26,620 nucleotides of DNA from Thermoproteota archaeon. GTDB lineage: Archaea > Korarchaeota > Korarchaeia > Korarchaeales > Korarchaeaceae. The translations under genes and the position numbers were made by a program. Below the pieces are notes generated by a model, which was given only the letters and a program-made list of their open reading frames with translations, did not search any database and was not told where the DNA came from. How positions within the stretch are numbered: position 1 is the first letter of the stretch; each line of letters opens with the position of its first letter. This document shows positions 1 to 9,335 of this stretch, piece by piece. The stretch spans positions 1 to 26,620 of the forward strand of contig WALU01000019.1 of assembly GCA_015522685.1 (NCBI GenBank), read 5' to 3'.

Positions 1-117
1 CTGTGTAATAATTGTAAAAATTATACTAAATATGATCTATTGATGCTGTTATGTCTGATCATAAGACCACAAATGATTAAATTTTCTTACAGTAATTTGT
101 GCAGGTGGCTTTTATTG

Positions 118-1395
118 ATGGATCCTAAAGTGGAGTTTGCAGCGTGGACAAAGCTAGTCCCTGAATCGGAAATTAGAAGACTCTTGAAATTTAGGGCAAA
201 ATACTACTTTGCTGGAGGGAAGCCTGGAGTGCTGCCTATAGGAGCCTTCCCGATGATACTCAACACGCTTGCCTTAAAGGAGCTAGAAGATATATTTTTA
301 GGTAAAGACGATGTTATAGAGGACTATAACTACGGCCCTACCGATGGCTTGCCTGAAGTGAAGAAAGTTATGGCCAATATATTGCGGGAAAGGGACAGTA
401 TAGACTTAGATTCAGAGGAAGGATGGAATAATGTTATAATAACTACAGGTTCTCAACAAGCTATATATCTCCTGTTAGATACCCTTCTTAACCCAGACGA
501 CTTGGTAGTGGTTCCAGCGCCTGCCTACCTAGGATTCGTGAATGTTGTCACAAAGTTCAGAGGTCAGGTCATAGCGGTACCAGGAGATAATCAGGGAATG
601 ATCCCTGAAAATGTTAGTAAGGCAATAAAGATAGCGGAGAATAAGCTAGGGAAGAAGCCTAAGCTAATCTATGTCGTACCAGATTCAGATAATCCCTCAG
701 GAACTACAATGCCGGAGAGTAGGAGAAAAGCTCTACTTGATGTGGCTAAGGACAACAGCATATATCTCTTGGAGGATGCTGCTTATAGGGAAATACAATT
801 CAGAGGTAAAAGATTAATGCCAATAAGGGCTTTTGATGATGGGAGTACTGTTATTTACATGCGTACAACTAGCAAGGAGGTCGCTGTTCTCAGGGTGGCT
901 TACAGCCTGATGCCTCCAGAGATAAGAAAGGAAGTAGTAAAAGCGAAGGGTTATAATGACCTCTGTACGCCCACGATAGTTCAGAAGATAGTCAAACTCT
1001 ATTATGAGAAGTACTTTAGTCAATTTATTGATAAGGTTAGGAAAGGATATAAAAAGAGATATGAAGCTATGGCTAAAGCTATGAATGAAGAATTTCCTGA
1101 AGGAGAGAGGACAGATCCTACAGGAGGATTCTTTATATGGTGGGAGTCCTCTAATAAGAAGTTTGATTCTAAGAAGTTCTTGGAAGAAGTTGCTATACCT
1201 AACGAGATACTCTACGTCCCTGGTCAGGCCTTCTATCCCCTAAGAGGATACTTATATGATCCTGAAAGGGGAGACCTTATAGATGCCTCTAATAGACCTG
1301 CAAATGCTATGAGACTCAGTTATTCTTATATGGAGCCTGGCAAAATCGAGGAGGGGATAAGAAAGTTAGGATCTCTCCTAAAAAAATATTTGTAA
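118..1395 (+). CDS. PLP-dependent aminotransferase class I/II (ARO8/2-aminoadipate transaminase-like)
   Basis: Motifs FAGGKP, YGPTDG, ITTGSQQA, DNPSG, EDAAY, TSK (PLP Lys), GGFFIW, MRLSYS. Start moved from 40 to ATG 118, which follows a GGTGG SD. Confidence 0.9.
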   Translation: MDPKVEFAAWTKLVPESEIRRLLKFRAKYYFAGGKPGVLPIGAFPMILNTLALKELEDIFLGKDDVIEDYNYGPTDGLPEVKKVMANILRERDSIDLDSEEGWNNVIITTGSQQAIYLLLDTLLNPDDLVVVPAPAYLGFVNVVTKFRGQVIAVPGDNQGMIPENVSKAIKIAENKLGKKPKLIYVVPDSDNPSGTTMPESRRKALLDVAKDNSIYLLEDAAYREIQFRGKRLMPIRAFDDGSTVIYMRTTSKEVAVLRVAYSLMPPEIRKEVVKAKGYNDLCTPTIVQKIVKLYYEKYFSQFIDKVRKGYKKRYEAMAKAMNEEFPEGERTDPTGGFFIWWESSNKKFDSKKFLEEVAIPNEILYVPGQAFYPLRGYLYDPERGDLIDASNRPANAMRLSYSYMEPGKIEEGIRKLGSLLKKYL

Positions 1396-1468
1396 AAATT
1401 ACTGAACTCGCCCATTTTTCCTTAAAAGCATTAAATAACTTACCATCAATTTATAAGGGGTTTCCTCT

Positions 1469-2347
1469 ATGCTGAATTTGAAAGAATCTCTTAGGAGTGG
1501 TCTTGTGGATATTATGAGAGAAGCTGCTTTTAACGTGCCTCAAGATGTAAAAGAAGCCCTTCAGAGGGCTTACGAGATAGAAGATAACTCCGTTGCCAAG
1601 GCCAACTTAAGAGCAATTTTAAGGAACATTGAGGTATCTAAGGAGAAGAAATTACCCATGTGCCAAGATACAGGAACTCCTATTTTCTTCATTGAGCTGG
1701 GTGAGGATTTTCCTCTTAAATCTGAGCTGAAAGGGATAATAGAGGAGGCGGTGAGGATAGCAACGGACGAGATACCGCTAAGACCTAACGCAGTTAATCC
1801 TTGGACGTATAAAAACTCAGGAGATAATACCGGTAGATTCGTCCCAATAATACACTTAGATCTTGTACCAGGAGGTCAAATGAAGGTAATCTATCTAGCT
1901 AAGGGAGGAGGTAGTGAAAATACATCGCAGCTCTTTATGCTAAGCCCAGTTTTAGGCCTTAGTGGGATCAAAAGGGCAATAATAGATGCTATGATAGAAG
2001 CAGGCCCGAAACCGTGTCCTCCAGTAATAGTTGGCGTCGGAGTTGGAGGAAGCGCTAATATGGCCCTAAAACTGGCTAAGAAAGCAACTTTTAAGAGATT
2101 AAATGAACTAAACCCTGATCCAAAGATTGCTGGGGTAGAAGCGGAGTTATTAGAGAAAATAAACTCTCTAGGGATGGGCCCTATGGGATTAGGAGGCAAG
2201 ACATATGCACTTGCAGTTAAGATAGAGTGGGCACATAGGCATCCTGCAAGCCTACCAGTGGGTATAAATACGCAATGCTGGGCCTTTAGAAGAGCAGAAG
2301 CCATATTCGATAATAGTGGAGAGATGAGGTTACTGGTTCCCCCGTAA
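1469..2347 (+). CDS. Fe-S hydro-lyase, fumarate hydratase/tartrate dehydratase alpha subunit
   Basis: PMCQDTG, KGGGSEN, CPP-x4-GVGG, GPMGLGG, HPASLPV and QCWA motifs of class I fumarase N-terminal half. Confidence 0.93.
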   Translation: MLNLKESLRSGLVDIMREAAFNVPQDVKEALQRAYEIEDNSVAKANLRAILRNIEVSKEKKLPMCQDTGTPIFFIELGEDFPLKSELKGIIEEAVRIATDEIPLRPNAVNPWTYKNSGDNTGRFVPIIHLDLVPGGQMKVIYLAKGGGSENTSQLFMLSPVLGLSGIKRAIIDAMIEAGPKPCPPVIVGVGVGGSANMALKLAKKATFKRLNELNPDPKIAGVEAELLEKINSLGMGPMGLGGKTYALAVKIEWAHRHPASLPVGINTQCWAFRRAEAIFDNSGEMRLLVPP

Positions 2348-2350
2348 GAG

Positions 2351-2959
2351 ATGGTGACTATGGCAGGATATAGGTTAAAGACTCCAGTTTCTGAAGAAGA
2401 TGTTAGAAAGTTAAAAGTAGGCGATATAGTATATCTTGATGGTATTATAATAACTGGTAGAGACCAAGTGCATAGAAGAGCTCTTGAATTAGCTTTTAAA
2501 GGAGAGAAGGATAAGATGCCCATGAACCTTGAAGGACTAGCTCTTTATCACTGTGGACCTATAGTGAGAAAGGTAGATGGTGAGTGGAAGATATTCGGGT
2601 TTGGTCCAACTACTAGCGCCAGAATGGATAGTGTTGAGACAGATTTCATTAGAGAATTTGGCATTAGGCTTATAGTAGGAAAAGGAGGGATGTTTGAGAA
2701 GACTACGAGAGGGATGAAAGAATACAAAGCAGCTTACCTCGCTTATCCAGGTGGTACATCTGCTGTGGCTACTAGCGCTGTTAAAAGAGTGGTAGATGTT
2801 CACTGGCTTGATCTAGGCTCTCCAGAAGCAATGTGGGTCGTTAAAGTAGAGAACTTCGGTCCTACAATGGTAGCGATAGATTCTTGTGGTAATAATCTAT
2901 TTATTGACGTGCTTAATAAGGCTAAAAAGTTAGCTGAAGAAGCAAAAGCTCAAATGTAG
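2351..2959 (+). CDS. Fe-S hydro-lyase, fumarate hydratase/tartrate dehydratase beta subunit
   Basis: TGRDQVH, YHCGP, GPTTSARM, IVGKGGM, LGSPEAMW, DSCGN motifs. The true start may be ATG 2360 after GGTGA. Confidence 0.93.
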   Translation: MVTMAGYRLKTPVSEEDVRKLKVGDIVYLDGIIITGRDQVHRRALELAFKGEKDKMPMNLEGLALYHCGPIVRKVDGEWKIFGFGPTTSARMDSVETDFIREFGIRLIVGKGGMFEKTTRGMKEYKAAYLAYPGGTSAVATSAVKRVVDVHWLDLGSPEAMWVVKVENFGPTMVAIDSCGNNLFIDVLNKAKKLAEEAKAQM

Positions 2960-3061
2960 CTCATCTCTATGCTATTTTTTCTTTAGGAAGTACGTGAAAC
3001 GTTTTAGAACGATTTTAACAACAATGTTTACTAAGGATCAATTATCATATTAATGAGGCAT

Positions 3062-3355
3062 ATGGTTAGTGTAATAGAATCATGCATCTTCTCGCTGGAG
3101 AAGCAGGGTTTTTCCGTTCTCTATTGGTATATAGGCAGGGGAGAAGTTGAAGTGATCCTAAAAACCAGAGGCGTATCTCCTCTAGAAGCGGTCAATCTCA
3201 TTAGAAGGAAGTTAAGAATAAGAGAAATTAATTTAGAGATTACTAAAGACGGGAAAGATCTATTAGCTCGAATAAGTTTCAAGCTAGGTCATCCTCCAAG
3301 AGGTTTGAGGCCGAAAGGTTTGAACGATATATTAGTATGGGGACCAGCAATCTAA
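3062..3355 (+). CDS. Small hypothetical alpha/beta protein (possibly ACT/ferredoxin-like fold)
   Basis: Open frame with alternating amphipathic strands and helices. ATG 3062 follows GAGG; ORF track start is 3053. No recognised motif. Confidence 0.55.
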   Translation: MVSVIESCIFSLEKQGFSVLYWYIGRGEVEVILKTRGVSPLEAVNLIRRKLRIREINLEITKDGKDLLARISFKLGHPPRGLRPKGLNDILVWGPAI

Positions 3356-3542
3356 CAGTTTAAGTCTCAGTTACATTAATTATATCAATAAACTAATACC
3401 ACTAAATTAATTAGGATAAAGGCCGTTAATTTGATAATTTATCATATATAAAGAGTAAAGAATAGAATTATTTCAAGGAATTTTCGCCATCTATTCTGTA
3501 TAAAAATATCCTACCCTATTTTCATTAAAAAAGAGTAAATAG

Positions 3543-3793
3543 AAAAATAAGTTTAGTACATGCCATAGTCAATATTGCGTAGCTATACCTATCTATGTAA
3601 TCAGCATTGATCTTGATATAACAAAAGTTATAAAAAATATGTATTAAGAAGTCATCTTTTTCATAAAAATATATTCAATCATCTCTGAACCGTTTATCTA
3701 TTAATGTGGTTATCAAGATAAATTTTTAATATAATTACCTTTAAAAGCTAAGTTATATTCATTTAATAGGAGCTGATAAAAATAAGTTTAGTA
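3543..3793. repeat. 16-bp exact direct repeat AAAAATAAGTTTAGTA (3543-3558 and 3778-3793)
   Basis: Both copies read directly from the AT-rich intergenic region. Confidence 0.6.
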
Positions 3794-3838
3794 GTTAGTG
3801 GTCCACTGTCTACTCTCCTGTTTGGCGGTGCTGCCTCC

Positions 3839-4309
3839 TTGGCTTTAGCTTTAAAGGCGACATCATCTAGGATTATAGTGGAACCATCCATCTTAAGAAC
3901 AATGTCGCTAATAGGAGCACCACTCTTACTGGCAAAAACGTATAATAACGTTACAATGGAGAAGGATTTAGGTGCTAATTCTTTATCCGATGAACTTTCA
4001 TCTAGATATATAAGGAGCAAGGTTCTTACCCTCATAAGTAGATCTAAAGGGAGGGAGCTCATTGAAAATAAACTATTATCAATGGGGTTAAGCAAGGAAG
4101 AGGCTTTTACATCAATCCTAGCCTTAAGCAAGTCTTATGATAGGTTATTTATCTCTAGACCATTCGCTAGAACCATAGTAAAGGACCTAGGATTAAATCC
4201 ATCTCCTCCGCTTATAATACTTGTAGATTCAATGAGAAGAGGCATTATACAACCAAAAGAATTCTCTATCCTATATGAAAAGATGTCTGAATTGGGGGAA
4301 GGGAGGTGA
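3839..4309 (+). CDS. Degenerate PIN-fold protein, DUF3368/COG2405-like
   Basis: IIVEPSILRTMSLIGAPLLLAKTYNNV and LSKEEAFTSILAL...LFISRPFARTIVKDLGL...LIILVDSMRRGII follow the DUF3368 pattern. TTG start after GGCGGTG. Confidence 0.6.
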   Translation: MALALKATSSRIIVEPSILRTMSLIGAPLLLAKTYNNVTMEKDLGANSLSDELSSRYIRSKVLTLISRSKGRELIENKLLSMGLSKEEAFTSILALSKSYDRLFISRPFARTIVKDLGLNPSPPLIILVDSMRRGIIQPKEFSILYEKMSELGEGR

Positions 4310-4317
4310 TTATTGGC

Positions 4318-4584
4318 ATGAGTGAAGAACTTTTAGAGACCAATGAGCAAGAAATTAGGAAGGCTTGGAATGAAATTGAAGAAATTAAAAAGGAAAGACA
4401 GAGAAGACGCTTAATAGCGGCTGGTTTTATAGCGTTAGGAATGTTCCTCTTATTTGTATCTTTACCAATGCTCCTCGAGAGGATACCTATACTCCCACTA
4501 GATGTTTTCTGGACGTTTATAGCAATTATATCTCTAGGAGCTACATCTTTTGGTTATGGCTTCTATAGAATGGGCATATCCTAA
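4318..4584 (+). CDS. Small membrane protein: charged N-terminal helix plus two transmembrane helices
   Basis: Strong GGAGGTGA SD overlapping the upstream stop, ATG 4318. Hydrophobic stretches LIAAGFIALGMFLLFVSLPML and VFWTFIAIISLGATSFGYGF. Confidence 0.75.
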   Translation: MSEELLETNEQEIRKAWNEIEEIKKERQRRRLIAAGFIALGMFLLFVSLPMLLERIPILPLDVFWTFIAIISLGATSFGYGFYRMGIS

Positions 4585-4880
4585 TCAATATCTAGAAATA
4601 GTCTACTAAACTCTTACCCTTTTCATGGAGACTACTATCTCTGCTATGGATAAAGTTGCTGCTAAATCCTCTACATTTTTAAAACTAAGTTCCTCTAAAG
4701 CCCGGAAATATCGAACATAAGCTCTCCTGAAAGCTCTCTCTTCTCTAATCCCTAGTGGCAATTTATATCCTAGCTATATATAAGATAAGTATAATTAATA
4801 AACAATTTTTTATAGCTTGTTGGAAACATGACCTTCCCTAATAACCAGCTTACTATTTATAGTTATAGATATTTCAATAG

Positions 4881-5450
4881 TTATGCTAGGTTTTCCAATC
4901 TCTTCTCAACTTCATTGTATAAGATCACAATTTCAGGCCTAAACGATCCTACCAGCAGAGGTTCAATCTCTTGAATTCTCTGAAGAAGGAGATCTACCTC
5001 CTCATCTAATGAAAACTAATAACAGCTGAGACATAGGCATTAGCACCAATCTTTATCAGGATTCTCGATGCTCTTAAGCTGGAGGAAGAGCCCTTCTTTC
5101 CTCGCTCTCGTGATCATATGAAAATTCTAGGAGATGTTCTCTTAAGGGATACTCCTATATGCACATAATCGCGAGTTATTCTCCTAATAACTTTCATCTG
5201 AGAGAAATATGGCATAGCATTTACCTTCAGAATAAAGATAAGATTACTTCCTTTCCTTTCATCTCATTTAACAGTGAAGTCAGATGCTCTCTTCCTACTA
5301 TAAGCTCAGCGCCACTTATTCTAAATTTGCTGGGTAGGGTTCTCTAGCAAAAAGCACCTTAAATTACATTTAACAGCATCTGCAATATAAAATGCCTCCG
5401 TAAAAGTGAGATCGCCTAAATCTATGGTCCTCTCAGTCTTTCCTTCAGGG
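4881..5450 (-). pseudogene. Possible decayed gene(s): short protein-like fragments in different frames
   Basis: Minus-strand fragments PEGKTERTIDLGDLTFTEAFYIADAVKM*, RTLPSKFRISGAELIVGREHLTSLLNEMKGKEVILSLF* and LDEEVDLLLQRIQEIEPLLVGSFRPEIVILYNEVEKRLENLA*, directly downstream of the flavoprotein gene. Confidence 0.35.
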
Positions 5451-5512
5451 GGCTATCTTATAACTCTTTTCTCTACAATCCTCGATAACTCTAGTGGATT
5501 ATATTCCAGAAT

Positions 5513-6904
5513 TCATCCATGGAGCCTCTTGGCTATATCTCTCCCAATCCAAGCTCCTGATGCAGCTGCTTGAACAAGTCCTCTGGAGACTCCAGCACCA
5601 TCACCTCCGGCATAAAGTCCTCTTATCGCCTTGGTCTCTAAGTTTTTCTTCAAATCTAGCTTTGCAGTATGCAGCTTAACTTCTACCCCATAGAGCAATG
5701 TATGATCTGAGGCTATGCCTGGCATTACATCGTTCATTGCTTGGAGCATTTCAAGTATATCCTTTAAGTATCTGTAAGGAAGAACGAAACTTAGATCTCC
5801 AGATATTGCTGATGGAAGAGTAGGTCTCACTATACTCTTACTCAGCCTAGAAGGAGTAGATCTTCTCCCTCTCTTTAAATCACCAAATCTCTGGATTATT
5901 GGCTGGTTTCCTGCTATGTTATTAGCCATCTTAGCTATGCTTAGAGCGAATGCTATAGTATCCTTATAAGGTTCAGTGAACTTCGTCGTAACAAGTATAG
6001 CAAAATTCGTATTATCTGTCTTGTAATCTTCTCTTGCAACACCGTTGACCGTTACAATTCCCCAATAGGATTCAGTTACTACCTCTCCTCTTGGATTAAC
6101 GCAAAATACCCTGACCCTATCATCGAAAGTTTCACTGTAATAAATGAGCTTAGGTTCGTATAATACTTCAGTGAACTCCTTCATAACCTCGTAAGGTACC
6201 TCTACTCTCACCCCCAGATCAACTTTCCCCCCCTTAATCTTTATACTAAGCCTCCTTGCCTCTTTCACAAGCCAGCTAGCTCCCACTCTTCCAGGTGCCA
6301 CCATAACGTACTTAGATTCCAACTCCTCCCCACTAGTGAGTTTAACTCCCCTTACATGAGAGTTGTTCACTAATATCCTATCTACAGCTGCACCAAATCT
6401 GAAGGAAATTCCCATGTTCAATAAACTCTTTCTGAAGTTCATAAGGACTTTGTATCCTCCGTCACTTCCCATATGTCTTATTCGAAAGGGTATTAGAAGG
6501 AGGCCTGCTCTCAGGGCCTTGCTCTTAAGTTTCTCTATAGCTTCTTGATCCTCCCCATACAGCTTCCTTGGGGCTCCCATCTCCAGAAATATTCTATCAA
6601 CATAATCTATGAGGTTCCAAACATCATCTTCTCCTACTATACTGGCTAAATCGCCCCCTACATCCTTAGTGAGATTAAGCTTACCATCGCTGAACGTTCC
6701 AGCTCCGCCGAAGCCTGACACTATATCACATATCGGACAGGCTAAACATCTTCCAACATCCTTGAGTGGGCATTTTCTCTCCTCTAGGTCCTTCCCCATT
6801 TCTATAACAAGAACACTAGCATCGGGCTTGAGTCTCTTTACCTCCATCGCTGCGAACAGGCCAGATGGACCGGCTCCGACTACTATAACGTCCCACTTAT
6901 CCAA
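5513..6904 (-). CDS. NAD(P)/FAD-dependent oxidoreductase (COG2509 family)
   Basis: Rossmann VVGAGPSG, Cys cluster CP-x6-CLACPIC, GFGGAGTFSDGKL, FCVNPRG, LYGVEVK, GDGAGVSRGL. TTG start. Confidence 0.9.
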   Translation of the reverse strand: MDKWDVIVVGAGPSGLFAAMEVKRLKPDASVLVIEMGKDLEERKCPLKDVGRCLACPICDIVSGFGGAGTFSDGKLNLTKDVGGDLASIVGEDDVWNLIDYVDRIFLEMGAPRKLYGEDQEAIEKLKSKALRAGLLLIPFRIRHMGSDGGYKVLMNFRKSLLNMGISFRFGAAVDRILVNNSHVRGVKLTSGEELESKYVMVAPGRVGASWLVKEARRLSIKIKGGKVDLGVRVEVPYEVMKEFTEVLYEPKLIYYSETFDDRVRVFCVNPRGEVVTESYWGIVTVNGVAREDYKTDNTNFAILVTTKFTEPYKDTIAFALSIAKMANNIAGNQPIIQRFGDLKRGRRSTPSRLSKSIVRPTLPSAISGDLSFVLPYRYLKDILEMLQAMNDVMPGIASDHTLLYGVEVKLHTAKLDLKKNLETKAIRGLYAGGDGAGVSRGLVQAAASGAWIGRDIAKRLHG

Positions 6905-6925
6905 TAGTTTCCCTTTTGGTTGTCA

Positions 6926-7639
6926 TCAGGTAAGCGATAATAAATCCTTCCTTTTGGACAAGAAGGATAAGGTTCCCATATAATATCCATCCAAGGTCAA
7001 GATATCAGTTAATTCGGGGTCTATACATTTCGGGAATACAGGCCCCCTTTCCTTCATCTCTAATAGATCTCCATATCCCAACATATCGTTAAAGGCTGGG
7101 AGAACTAGTATTTTCCTTGGCAGTCCTTCGCATGTAGTTTCGGCTAATATCCAGACGGGTACTTTCCCTATACCCTCTACTGGAATGGCTGGATGTACAT
7201 GCCCCATTATCCCAAATTCATAATTTGAGGCCTCTTTACTGGGATACGCATGCCCATGAAAGATCCATGAATCTCCAAGCGGAGCTCCTCTAGGGCTTTT
7301 TATCTCGCAATATTCTCCTACAATGGGAGATATGCCTCCATCGTGGTTTCCCGGCACTAGAACGATCTTCTTAAAGCTCGCTGAGATCGCCTCGATGAAT
7401 CTTCTAACCCTAAATCTGGAAGATAAACCTATAGAATGCTTAAGATCCCCCGCAATAATCAGTCCATCAAATTTCCCTAGTGAGCGTACCTTATCTATAA
7501 TCGCCTGAGTCCTATCTGGGATGTATACTCCATTTTTCGCTAATTCTAGTTCGAATCCCAGATGTAAGTCAGCTATAACGATCCATGACTCTCCATCAAC
7601 CTTTATCTTTAGGGCTGATTTTTCCCATATGGGTTCCAT
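6926..7639 (-). CDS. Calcineurin-like metallophosphoesterase (COG1407)
   Basis: ADLHLGFE, AGDLKH, PGNHD, FHGH, MGHVHP and LPAFN motifs. Confidence 0.9.
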   Translation of the reverse strand: MEPIWEKSALKIKVDGESWIVIADLHLGFELELAKNGVYIPDRTQAIIDKVRSLGKFDGLIIAGDLKHSIGLSSRFRVRRFIEAISASFKKIVLVPGNHDGGISPIVGEYCEIKSPRGAPLGDSWIFHGHAYPSKEASNYEFGIMGHVHPAIPVEGIGKVPVWILAETTCEGLPRKILVLPAFNDMLGYGDLLEMKERGPVFPKCIDPELTDILTLDGYYMGTLSFLSKRKDLLSLT

Positions 7640-7677
7640 CGGTGGAACGTTGTAGCGATGGCCTTAAAATATATGAG

Positions 7678-8016
7678 ATGCTCAGATCCTTACCTTGGGG
7701 AAGCTCCCTAAAAGCTCTTAGATCGGCCTTAAAGGGTCAAGTGATTAAACATGTATTCAAACCCAGCGGTAGGTTCTTCTATGTTGTTAGGAGTCCTACT
7801 GGTTCTCATCTGGTTTTAGGTGATATGTACTGCTCCTGCTTTGAGTTCTATCTAAACGTCGTAGTAAGAAGAAAGAGGGAATACTGCTATCACATAGTAG
7901 CAGCCATTATAGCGGAGAAAATTGGTTCATATAAGGAGATAGTTCATAAAGATCCTGAGTTTATCGGCGTAATAAAGAGAATAATGGCCTCAGAAGGTCT
8001 GGACCTAGATCCTTGA
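7678..8016 (+). CDS. SWIM zinc-finger protein (COG5431-like)
   Basis: YCSCFEF...YCYHIVA gives CxC-xn-CxH. ATG 7678 preferred because start 7585 would overlap the divergent gene. Confidence 0.8.
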   Translation: MLRSLPWGSSLKALRSALKGQVIKHVFKPSGRFFYVVRSPTGSHLVLGDMYCSCFEFYLNVVVRRKREYCYHIVAAIIAEKIGSYKEIVHKDPEFIGVIKRIMASEGLDLDP

Positions 8017-8066
8017 TCGTTGAAAAGCGAAGCCTTTTTATCTCATGATTGTCTTTTTCGACGTAA

Positions 8067-8852
8067 GTGGTGCCGATGGACATTGAGGAAGAGCTGGATA
8101 GAGAACTGCTTTCAACATACCACAGGAGAATCTTAAAGGAGATCGTTGCGAAAAAAATAGCAGGAGATGTTCTTTTTAGCCAGAATATAGGCCTAGCAAT
8201 GAGAAAGTGGAGGGAATATTTCGGCATTAAACAAAGCGAGCTGGCTAGATTGCTAGGAGTATCTGCCTCAGTAGTCTCTGATTATGAATCTAGCAGAAGG
8301 AAGAGTCCAGGGTCTCTCGTGCTTAGGAGGTTCATAATGACCCTTTTAGAGGAGGACGAGAAGAGAGGTGGGGCGGTAATAAGGACCCTCGTTAGGACCA
8401 CTGGTATGATACCACTCCTCTCAAGCGTCATTGATATGAGCGAGTTCACTCTACCAATAGAGCTAGATAGGTTTCTCGAGGTTATAAGTGGTAGAATAGT
8501 CGTTGAAGCCCCTCAGCCTACATATATCCATGGATACACAGTAATAGATAGCATAAAAGCTATCTTGAACCTAAGCGGTTCTGATTTCATGAGGCTCTTT
8601 GGTACATCAACTGAGAGAGCATTAATATTCACTAAAGTTACTGCAGGTAGGAGCCCGATGGTCGCCCTAAAAGTAATAGATATAAGGCCTAGTTTGGTCG
8701 TTCTCCATGGCCCTCAGCCTAATAACATAGACAAACTGGGAATGAAGCTAGCTTCAGCTATGAGGATTCCCTTGGCAGTTTCTATGATCGATGAGGTGTA
8801 TACATTGGTTGAGCAGCTAAGAGGACTAACAAGCTCGGCTCAGGAGCCCTAA
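8067..8852 (+). CDS. XRE-family HTH transcriptional regulator (COG1709-like)
   Basis: IAGDVLFS, MRKWREYFGIKQSELARLLGVSASVVSDYESSRRKSPG, GYTVIDSIKAI, ERALIFTKVTAGRSPMVA. Start may be ATG 8076. Confidence 0.88.
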   Translation: MVPMDIEEELDRELLSTYHRRILKEIVAKKIAGDVLFSQNIGLAMRKWREYFGIKQSELARLLGVSASVVSDYESSRRKSPGSLVLRRFIMTLLEEDEKRGGAVIRTLVRTTGMIPLLSSVIDMSEFTLPIELDRFLEVISGRIVVEAPQPTYIHGYTVIDSIKAILNLSGSDFMRLFGTSTERALIFTKVTAGRSPMVALKVIDIRPSLVVLHGPQPNNIDKLGMKLASAMRIPLAVSMIDEVYTLVEQLRGLTSSAQEP

Positions 8853-9292
8853 TCTGAAGAGCCTTTGATTCTGTGGAGCTCACCTCTAATTTCACTGCTG
8901 ATTAGTCCACTATTTCTTTTTGCCTCGAGGCTAGCATCATGTAAGTATTATTATACATCCTTCTAGCATTGTTGATAGCTCCTTTCCGCTGTTTCTGAGG
9001 AATTTGAACTAAGAAACTATAGCTTAAGGATCACCATGATATATAAGGTAGCAGAATCCGAATATTCTGTTCCCCTCAAGATGATCCTAATAATCTCTAA
9101 TGAGGCTGCGTAGGGTGAAGAGACACCAAGAGCTGTATACTAGCAAAAGCATTATATTAATAGGGAAAAGTTATATCTCTTCATAGCTTATCACCCTATT
9201 GATGATAGTAAGCATAGTTGTAGCCAGCCAGTATATTCAGTCGGCAGATCTAGATCCAGTTAGGTACAAGGCAAAACATTAAAATTCCTCAT

Positions 9293-9306
9293 AAGAAATT
9301 TTAAAT
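9293..9306 (+). promoter_or_regulatory. Candidate BRE/TATA promoter for the TIP49 gene
   Basis: AAGAAA followed by TTTTAAAT about 30 nt before ATG 9336. Confidence 0.4.
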
Positions 9307-9335
9307 GATATTTAGGTTGCCTAAGGGTGATTCTA

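Noticed and set aside
32-62. ATGATC...GATCAT inverted repeat upstream of the aminotransferase
   Set aside because: Only 6 bp with a 19-nt spacer; expected by chance, though it could be an operator.
3356-3800. Canonical ORB-containing replication origin or CRISPR array
   Set aside because: No ORB consensus with G-string, no adjacent cdc6/orc1, and no regularly spaced repeats.
4960-5075. Prefoldin-alpha-like fragment (ILIKIGANAYVSAV / LDEEVDLLLQRIQEIE)
   Set aside because: Needs a frameshift and the similarity is too short to separate from chance.
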